Positions 58,001-64,000 of a stretch of DNA of 64,000 nucleotides are shown here, piece after piece. This stretch comes from an uncultured virus (IMG/VR IMGVR_UViG_3300035187_001477) (Duplodnaviria > Heunggongvirae > Uroviricota > Caudoviricetes > Crassvirales): the IMG/VR virus record IMGVR_UViG_3300035187_001477, one strand, 5' to 3'. The translations under genes were made by a program, and so were the position numbers. Position 1 is the stretch's first letter, and every line of letters starts with the position of its first letter. Under the pieces are notes generated by a model. The model had not been told where the DNA came from, did no database searches, and saw only the letters and a list, made by a program, of their open reading frames with translations.

Positions 58001-59547
58001 TGACCTGCAGCAGAAATACCACTCTGAAACTTTATTAGTGCGTCTAAGTTGTTTGGTAGTGCACAGTTAAGCTGATCAGTAAATGTTGTCCCATTACAAG
58101 AGTTTGCTATAGGCTGAATATTTGCAATCGTTCCAATAACATCTTGAAACGCTACACTTGTAGCCATCTGATAAACAGAAGTATATGTAGTTGGAAGTGT
58201 AAACGTAAGCGTCAAATTAATGTTTTCGCTTGTCTCTGTAGGGAATGGGGTGCTCCCTGCAAACATATTGTGCGTAAGCCTTACATCTAATGTAATTGAA
58301 GAACCGGCAATAAGTTGTATACCTGTTAGGTTAATATTTACAGTCGCATTTGGAATAGTTTGATTGCTACCAAAACTATATATACCAACAGATGTAGTGT
58401 CAGGTACACTTGTAGTACCAACCAATTCAGAAACTGCAGAAGCAACGTACTCAAGTTTGGTTACGTTTCCATTCTTGTCAACTAAGTCGTATCCCTCAAC
58501 ATAGTTGCCATACATTAAACGATTGCCCATAATAGTTTGGGCTCTTGCAAGAAGTGGTACGTTATCATACAACCTAAGTAACTCTGACTCAGGAAGTACT
58601 GTAAATATCTTACTATTTGTAAACGTATATGTATAGTTGGTGTTGTTTGCAAGACCAAGCTCAGCCTTATCAAGATTCTCTATAACCTTTACAATACTTG
58701 TTCCTGCTTCTTTGAATAACAGGTCAACACCAACAACAAGCGGACCACCTGAGTTATATGTAATGATAGCAGTGTTGTTCAAGTTTACCATCCCCTCATT
58801 GAGGTAGCTATTAATACTGAACTCAAATGGGTTGGGAGAAAACGCAGGGGCAGACCATTGAGATGTCGCAGAATATTCTCCATCTTGATAACGATAACGA
58901 TATGCGAAACAGATAAACCTGTCTTCCATAAAGTTGTCTTGCTGACCTGTTCTTATCTCACGAATAGCAGGAGCTGCAATTGGTGGTTTCTTAATTACAA
59001 GTAGCGACTCTGCACTAAATTGATCTATGTTACCAATAGGGTTGGCATAGTTTCTTGTTATATTAAATACCCTTGGAGGGTTGTAATTATCAGTAAAAAA
59101 TATCAACTGATCAATAAGGTCAACACCTGTAATTAAAAATTGAGGATTAAAGTTTAGCGTAGTGTTTACACCACCACCATCATTGATGCTAATTACGTGG
59201 TAGGTAAGAGCGTTTTGAATTGTGTTATACGACACAATCATATCAAGTTTCCCGGTAGCTCCAATAGGGAAGGTGGGGTCGTGTACAAACCAAAATATTC
59301 TTTCGTTTGCACTATCATCAATTGCACCAATACATTTTGCGTTTGCGCTAAGTGGTGTATTATTAACATACCTAAGCTGAGTAAGAGCTACGTTACCTTT
59401 TGTATTTTCTATTACACCAATCTCAGCTTGCTCAGTAGAACCCATACGGACGTTGAGCGCATCAATATACTCTCCGTTTGGAACAAGTCGCTCGTCTACG
59501 ACCTTGTTCATCCTACCTGCTATGAAGTTCCTTGTTATGTTTGGCAT
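55075..59547 (-). CDS. Tail nozzle/stabilisation protein
   Basis: FIAGRMNKVVDERLVPNGEYIDALN N-terminus; YGISFHPES...YFTD...GGFDPYMNEY. Confidence 0.7.
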   Translation of the reverse strand: MPNITRNFIAGRMNKVVDERLVPNGEYIDALNVRMGSTEQAEIGVIENTKGNVALTQLRYVNNTPLSANAKCIGAIDDSANERIFWFVHDPTFPIGATGKLDMIVSYNTIQNALTYHVISINDGGGVNTTLNFNPQFLITGVDLIDQLIFFTDNYNPPRVFNITRNYANPIGNIDQFSAESLLVIKKPPIAAPAIREIRTGQQDNFMEDRFICFAYRYRYQDGEYSATSQWSAPAFSPNPFEFSINSYLNEGMVNLNNTAIITYNSGGPLVVGVDLLFKEAGTSIVKVIENLDKAELGLANNTNYTYTFTNSKIFTVLPESELLRLYDNVPLLARAQTIMGNRLMYGNYVEGYDLVDKNGNVTKLEYVASAVSELVGTTSVPDTTSVGIYSFGSNQTIPNATVNINLTGIQLIAGSSITLDVRLTHNMFAGSTPFPTETSENINLTLTFTLPTTYTSVYQMATSVAFQDVIGTIANIQPIANSCNGTTFTDQLNCALPNNLDALIKFQSGISAAGQPISIITTPASQIIGLQFPAMRYVDNTTTPTISVYEYYSVNFAEAFYQKINSPRSLHSNRGYEIGIVYMDDFGRSTTALVSPRNTVHIPCSASDTKNSIRVTIPTTQIAPAWAKRYKFVIKPDEESYDTIYSSIFFDDPLSNNAYFLLEGENARKVQQGDRLIVKADTSGPTNNCVYATVLEKEAKQAGFIEIPSELDPTVNIPVPSGVYMKINPNSFAVVQDELSIIAPGNEQVDQNDAGEYPILNYPMNRFDTATSAWVDYTVPAGSRIKLYFKFQRLGVGQGNGACERRIYTLEKTLVSSANYDNMMEWWIGDNVEQILDDGDQEVGGNECPVENEFIPTLASNNTDISTDLCKNYYRFYRNPANNQLTLIVSGTLRCGGVASREKRRSTVIVNIEVFRAETTLIFETQPVDSLPDVFFENHLSFGIDANGRHLGNIQNQTASLPAIIDTEFFNCFCFGNGAESYKIRDSIIGKTFNLGNRVTSISVQQYKRTRRFADITYSGVYNFESNVNKLNEFNLGLLNYKYLEVSFGPIYKLDGRETDVLTLQEDKISYVLAGKNLLSDAAAGGAITSVPEVLGTQIARVEKYGISFHPESYVQWGYYRYFTDVKRGAVLQLIGNSYSTDQLRVVSEQGMRTWFRDNFIQSFNTQKLGGFDPYMNEYVLTTNDSSVPIPPIIYSCGIEQDFTIEAGSNRQYGVIFEDTSVGDCIVDYTVDPSSTAEFEVVVTYGLTTVSSGVVTTSGSLTIAKNSNAINELIVNVIATDNVNVSVLVNCVEANEIGIVNICLTSNADAGKFIHNEYRYTDAGFISPLQSTLVTFDSSAQSPVVSEYNIIIGPQGTGGFPPSGAAMELISNKQGFDTFDFNPSYNKFRYLRSNTLYPNTQVGIANLLAAATTVAPTGAAGYYTGTFTVPSSGQYLYLIWDYRSSLPLELCYSDADTNNACCGCDVPPPAFDLCYSNVSLLDACCGCND

Positions 59548-59548
59548 A

Positions 59549-60472
59549 TTATTTCAACCACTTGTCCATACCACGCAGATTCATAAGAAGTCTGCCCGGA
59601 TGAATGTTACTCATTCTAATTTTTGCGTTGCGAAGTAAAGCCGCTTTTTCTTTACGAGCACGAGCAATAATGTACTCTTGTACACCAAGCTTAGCGTTCA
59701 GTATCTCGTATTGAATATATGCGTAAATATACTTCTCAAATAATTTATTAACGCTGACAATTGAATCATCACCATTCTCCATACCATCAGAGATGTATTC
59801 GAGAATGACAGACTGATTATACATATCAGAGTTAAAGTTGATAACCCCCATTCTCTGATCAATAGCAAATGTTGGGTTGAAGTTTGCAGTCTCTGTATTA
59901 AGACCGTAGCGCTCTCCAAGGCTATAATCAAAATACCAAACGCCATCAATATTCCATCCAAGTTGCCCATTGTAGGTGCTCTGTGGATTCAAATAAATAC
60001 TCTTTTTTATGCCTGCCAAACGCTGTAAGTCTATCTCAGAAAATTGAGGAGATAGCGCATTGCCAAATTGGTCAAACAATATCTTTCCGGTTTGGTCTTG
60101 CAAGTATGCAAGAGATGAAAGAATTTGAATATTCTCTGTGAGTGGTCTTAGGTATCCATCTTTGTAAAGATTTACTCTTACCCAATTCACATAGTCCGAT
60201 GGAAGTATATATCGAAGCGTATCATCAACTGTAAGCTGTAAAACTTTTAGCTGTTTGAACGCATCGTAGTTTAGTTCCTGTATGGCACGCTTTGCGTGGA
60301 ACAATATTTTGTAACGCTCTTCATTGTTTACAAGAGAATGGTTACCTGCATACATCAACATAAAGTTGTTGACAATATCGAACAGGCTTACGTATTGGTA
60401 CGAACCCCAATTGACATCTGTTGGTGGTACACCATTATTCTCGTAATATTTATATTGAGTAATGTATGCCAT
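59549..60472 (-). CDS. Putative tail ring/adaptor protein
   Basis: AKRAIQELNYD, LPSDYVNWVRV, ILEYISDG; position upstream of the nozzle. Confidence 0.6.
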   Translation of the reverse strand: MAYITQYKYYENNGVPPTDVNWGSYQYVSLFDIVNNFMLMYAGNHSLVNNEERYKILFHAKRAIQELNYDAFKQLKVLQLTVDDTLRYILPSDYVNWVRVNLYKDGYLRPLTENIQILSSLAYLQDQTGKILFDQFGNALSPQFSEIDLQRLAGIKKSIYLNPQSTYNGQLGWNIDGVWYFDYSLGERYGLNTETANFNPTFAIDQRMGVINFNSDMYNQSVILEYISDGMENGDDSIVSVNKLFEKYIYAYIQYEILNAKLGVQEYIIARARKEKAALLRNAKIRMSNIHPGRLLMNLRGMDKWLK

Positions 60473-60474
60473 AA

Positions 60475-61215
60475 TTATTGCGATTGTTTTTGTTCTTCAG
60501 CAGCACCGAATTGAACAGCCATTATCTCACGAATAGACATACCTGCGTATTGAAGAATCTTTGTTACAAGCTTGAACTCATCTTCTGCAGGAACCTCAAA
60601 GTCTTGATAGTCGGGCTGCGATTGGTCAAATACCGGCTCGCCACCTGTTAAAGAAACGAATGTCCATTTAGGGTCTTTCGGATACCTAAAATAATTTGCA
60701 TCAACTTCATTCGGAAGGTTGATGGTAGATGGATATACTGTAAGTACGCCACCCTCCTGCGTATATGCAGGATACTGTTCTGTTGGAGCCGTAAGATTTG
60801 ACGTAGTAAGCATTGTGATTTTATTATGCGTTACCTTCTCTGCCTCTCCCTTGAATACACGTGGAGATACAGATGCGTCATAGCACATAATCTTATTAAT
60901 CATAAAATAGTCAAATCCTGTAGTAGTAATAGACGGAAGAAAAAATCTGTTTGTTGCAGGCGCAACTTGCGTAAGCGTTGAGGTTAAAGCAAAAACTTCC
61001 ATCGCCTCTTCTATAGGCTTTCTTTGATCAGCGTAATCTATACCGGACTTTCTTAGGTTCTCTAAATTAACTACGTTGTTGTATTCAGAAAAGTATTCTT
61101 CAAATACTTCAAGCTGAGACTGCTTGGCAAACAGGTTAAAGTCTGCCGGTGATATATAGCCGTAGTTATTTTTATTGAGAATGGAAAGTACCGTATTTCT
61201 GACGGAATTTATCAT
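60475..61215 (-). CDS. Putative head-tail ring/adaptor protein
   Basis: LNKNNYGYISPADFNLFAKQSQ, YFRYPKDPKW; TATATTTG at 61229-61236. Confidence 0.6.
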   Translation of the reverse strand: MINSVRNTVLSILNKNNYGYISPADFNLFAKQSQLEVFEEYFSEYNNVVNLENLRKSGIDYADQRKPIEEAMEVFALTSTLTQVAPATNRFFLPSITTTGFDYFMINKIMCYDASVSPRVFKGEAEKVTHNKITMLTTSNLTAPTEQYPAYTQEGGVLTVYPSTINLPNEVDANYFRYPKDPKWTFVSLTGGEPVFDQSQPDYQDFEVPAEDEFKLVTKILQYAGMSIREIMAVQFGAAEEQKQSQ

Positions 61216-61239
61216 TATAGTCTTTTTACAAATATAAAC

Positions 61240-61267
61240 AAAAAAAGAGGGTATAGAAATACCCTCT
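61240..61267 (-). terminator. Intrinsic terminator
   Basis: AGAGGGTA-TTTCTA-TACCCTCT plus T-tract on the minus strand. Confidence 0.75.
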
Positions 61268-61294
61268 CTACCTAAACACTATGAAACCATTAAC

Positions 61295-62041
61295 CTATGC
61301 TAAGTTACTTTCAAGCATCTTAAGGGCATCAATTCCTTCATCGGTCTTCAGAAACTCCGCAACGGTAAAGTAGGGGTCTTGAGCATACGGAACGGTCAAC
61401 ATCTTCTTCTTATTGGACCCCGTATTAAACCATACTTCCTTCTGTCCGTTCCTGAATGTCAATAATTTATTCTCAAAGAACACGTGTACGTTTGACTGTA
61501 GCTTCAGCATTGGGTCCCCAAGTACATTTAAGAATCCTTTGGGGTCTCGCTTGGCATAAATCAGTACATCTCTTTTAAGCTCAGAACTTGTAAATCTCGA
61601 TGGGTCTTTGCCAAAGAGAACTCTTGACACACTCTCGAGCTGCTCCAAAGAGAGCTGACGAGCTTGAATCAAGGCATCCACCTCCACAGTTAAACTCTCT
61701 ACCTCTTTTGCAGCATCTTTTTCATTGTCTACCTCAATAAAAGTCCTACCATTTAGGGGGTGGTAGTACAAGAACTCTTGTAAAACAGGGTTATTTTTAG
61801 GAACGCTAAGAAACCCGTTCTCGAATATAACAGGTTCGACAATGGCATTACCGTCTTGCTCGTCCTCAAAAGGAGTCTTTTGGTTGACAGCGTATCGCAA
61901 GGGTCGGTTAATATTGTTTTCTTCATCGAACCAAAGTAATGGATAACGTCTTGTATTTCTTGAAGGTAGCGTATATGAAAGGGGGGCTACGTCCCCTTTA
62001 AGCTTGTAAATCCTGTCAGCAGGAACCAATTTCTTTTTCAT
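61295..62041 (-). CDS. Conserved hypothetical protein downstream of MCP
   Basis: 248-aa ORF. Confidence 0.65.
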   Translation of the reverse strand: MKKKLVPADRIYKLKGDVAPLSYTLPSRNTRRYPLLWFDEENNINRPLRYAVNQKTPFEDEQDGNAIVEPVIFENGFLSVPKNNPVLQEFLYYHPLNGRTFIEVDNEKDAAKEVESLTVEVDALIQARQLSLEQLESVSRVLFGKDPSRFTSSELKRDVLIYAKRDPKGFLNVLGDPMLKLQSNVHVFFENKLLTFRNGQKEVWFNTGSNKKKMLTVPYAQDPYFTVAEFLKTDEGIDALKMLESNLA

Positions 62042-62064
62042 TAGATTTTAATTTGATTAGATTA

Positions 62065-62100
62065 AAAATAAGGGGGAGTGTCTTTGAAGACACCCCACCC
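62065..62100 (-). terminator. Probable terminator after MCP whose stem contains palindrome copy 8 (62078-62093)
   Basis: GGGTGGG-GTGTCTTCAAAGACAC-TCCCCC-TTATTTT on the minus strand. Confidence 0.65.
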
Positions 62101-62118
62101 TTTATGGTTTTTCTTCGA

Positions 62119-63540
62119 TTAAGAACCGTAACGGAACAATACGAAGTTGTTAGCACCCAAGGTACAAACGCAACGCTCAGAGAGGAAGTTTACCTCCATT
62201 GCATCGAGGTCGCTTGTTTGAGCACCACCGGCAGAACCTGTGATCCAAGTCTTGTATCTACGGTCTTCTGTTTCAGAAGCACGGTAGCGTACGTGTAAGA
62301 ATGGACGCTTAGCGTTCTTGCCAAGGATTTGGTCGTACACGGTAGTAGAACCGGCAGGAACCAATAGACCTGTTACAGTGCCTGCTGCTTGAGCACCTGT
62401 AGGAAGACCACCACGCATAGTAGGATCGTTCAGGTACTTCCAATCAGACTTGTAGAAGTCATAACCTCTGCGGAAACCGCTGAAGCCAAGGTTCAAAGCC
62501 ATATCCTTGTCGTTGTCAAACAAACCGTAAGATGTACCGTTTGCTCCGTAGCTGTTCTGAGCAGCGAGCATATCGTCAATGTCAAAGCTGAAGGCACGGT
62601 TAACGAAGATTACGTTCTCTTCGATAGAACCTTGCTTGTCAAGACGAGAGATGATGCTGTCGAAATCAGCAAGTGTGGTTGGGTTTCCACCGCCCCATAC
62701 GTTACCACGGCTGTTTACTACGTAGAAGATTCCCTCAGAACCTTTGTTACCGTAGATTGGGTTCAAAGAAGCGTTAGCAACACCTGAACCTGTCTCAGCA
62801 GGAACAGCCTCAATCATTGCAGTCTCAAGGTAGTCCTCAAAACGCAGACGAGTTTCGTGCTCGCTCTTCAAATACCAAAGGTATCCGGTAGCACCGTTCT
62901 CAGTGGTTACTTCAACCCATCCAATCTGAGCCATATCAGAACCGCTTACAGCGTATTTGTCCTTGATGATGATTGGAGAGTTATCGAAGATTTCATCTTC
63001 AGCTTCCAAAGAACCGATCATTCCAACAGTTCCTTTCTTGAACTCAGAACCGTAAATCCATACAGAAAGAACGGCTGTGCCTGAGAAAGTTTGACCACCG
63101 GCTTCGTAGTAAGCAACATCGAAAGTACCTGCAGTGGTGTTCACAGCAGTAACGATACCCTTGTTAGAAAGACCTGTAGCGTTGTCAGAAATAAATACAG
63201 TCTGACCGGCACGGATAGCAATACCACTTACGTTAGCATCGCTTACAGTGATGGTAGCAGAATCTGCAGCAGCAGCCGCAGAAGAGTCGCAGTTCACATA
63301 TTTAGTGTGAAGACGTCCTTGTTCAGCCCACTTAATCATGTCTGAGTTAGAAGGCATTTCAGCACCTACCATACGAAGGAAAGATGCGATAGTGCGATTA
63401 CCATAACGCTCGAACTCCTTCTCGTAAGTATCAGGAAGATACTGATTCAAGAAGTTAAAGTTGGTAATATAGTTTGTCGAAAGGGGCACCTGCTCCGCAC
63501 TTGGCTGAAGCTGATAACCCGGTGAAGGTAAAACTGCCAT
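62119..63540 (-). CDS. Major capsid protein
   Basis: 473 aa after the scaffold, followed by a terminator; IKWAEQGRLH, SPIIIKDKYAVSGSD, GSEGIF motifs. Confidence 0.8.
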   Translation of the reverse strand: MAVLPSPGYQLQPSAEQVPLSTNYITNFNFLNQYLPDTYEKEFERYGNRTIASFLRMVGAEMPSNSDMIKWAEQGRLHTKYVNCDSSAAAAADSATITVSDANVSGIAIRAGQTVFISDNATGLSNKGIVTAVNTTAGTFDVAYYEAGGQTFSGTAVLSVWIYGSEFKKGTVGMIGSLEAEDEIFDNSPIIIKDKYAVSGSDMAQIGWVEVTTENGATGYLWYLKSEHETRLRFEDYLETAMIEAVPAETGSGVANASLNPIYGNKGSEGIFYVVNSRGNVWGGGNPTTLADFDSIISRLDKQGSIEENVIFVNRAFSFDIDDMLAAQNSYGANGTSYGLFDNDKDMALNLGFSGFRRGYDFYKSDWKYLNDPTMRGGLPTGAQAAGTVTGLLVPAGSTTVYDQILGKNAKRPFLHVRYRASETEDRRYKTWITGSAGGAQTSDLDAMEVNFLSERCVCTLGANNFVLFRYGS

Positions 63541-63558
63541 TTTTGTAAATTTTAAATT

Positions 63559-64000
63559 TTAGATTTTTTTAATGCTGCGGATTTTGAGACTCCTGCCGGA
63601 ATCCGGTGCGACCGCTTTCACCTGCACTCCCCCCTTATTTACAACTTCAGGTGCTCTACGCTCTGACATATTTATATTTTTAGTCTTGCGCATTACATCA
63701 TCTGTCGCATCAGCTTGTCCTTGTTCGTAAAAGAACTTGGCAAACCTATCGGGGTTCATTGCAATTGACAAAGCCCTATGGTATCCTGCTGCATCCTTAA
63801 TCAAGCCCTGATCATCCAAAAACTTATTAATAAAGTTTGTTGGTGTTGATTGAACCTTTTTTAATTCTGACGCAGAACCGGGAGAAAACAAAATCTTCTT
63901 GTCGTCAATGTTGAACTCAAAACCTTTGAACTCTTTACTAAAGACTTCGTCAGACTTTTGGTCAAACCACTTACGCTTCCGGTTGTTTTCTTCATTCAGG
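63559..64000 (-). CDS. Scaffolding protein, C-terminal part (diverged second copy; runs off window end)
   Basis: Close paralog or allele of the C-terminus of 430..1542. Confidence 0.85.
   Translation of the reverse strand, partial: LNEENNRKRKWFDQKSDEVFSKEFKGFEFNIDDKKILFSPGSASELKKVQSTPTNFINKFLDDQGLIKDAAGYHRALSIAMNPDRFAKFFYEQGQADATDDVMRKTKNINMSERRAPEVVNKGGVQVKAVAPDSGRSLKIRSIKKI

Noticed and set aside
61281..61373. 30-codon plus-strand ORF starting at the ACACTATG motif
   Set aside because: Antisense to a real gene with no plus-strand promoter seen; the motif is better explained as antisense RNA or chance
6048..62093. Palindrome copies as a CRISPR array or REP/MITE family
   Set aside because: Copies are kilobases apart, only 16 bp long, without regular spacers, shared flanks, cas genes or a transposase

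Overview
The window holds essentially one full (~63.1 kb, circularly permuted) genome of a tailed dsDNA phage, probably of a Bacteroidota host (TAnnTTTG promoters, no Shine-Dalgarno sites) and podovirus-like in architecture. The minus strand carries capsid, scaffold, portal, terminase, ring/nozzle, ejection, tail-fibre, lysis and GroEL/GroES genes. The plus strand (28.2-41.3 kb) carries early and replication genes: amidoligase, GATase-GGCT fusion, Sak, exonuclease, SSB, primase-helicase, SNF2 and VRR-NUC. I recognised no integrase, DNA polymerase, tRNA or CRISPR array. The most notable non-coding signals are: (1) two complete hammerhead ribozymes (type III and type I) bracketing one small membrane-protein ORF, predicted to excise a 343-nt RNA with ligatable ends; (2) an invariant 16-bp palindrome, GTGTCTT-CA-AAGACAC, found 8 times in intergenic and coding DNA; (3) two parS-like sites. 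The window ends overlap (127 bp identical, then a diverged copy), which suggests an assembly running from one strain into another. Protein family calls come from motif recognition by eye, not database searches.
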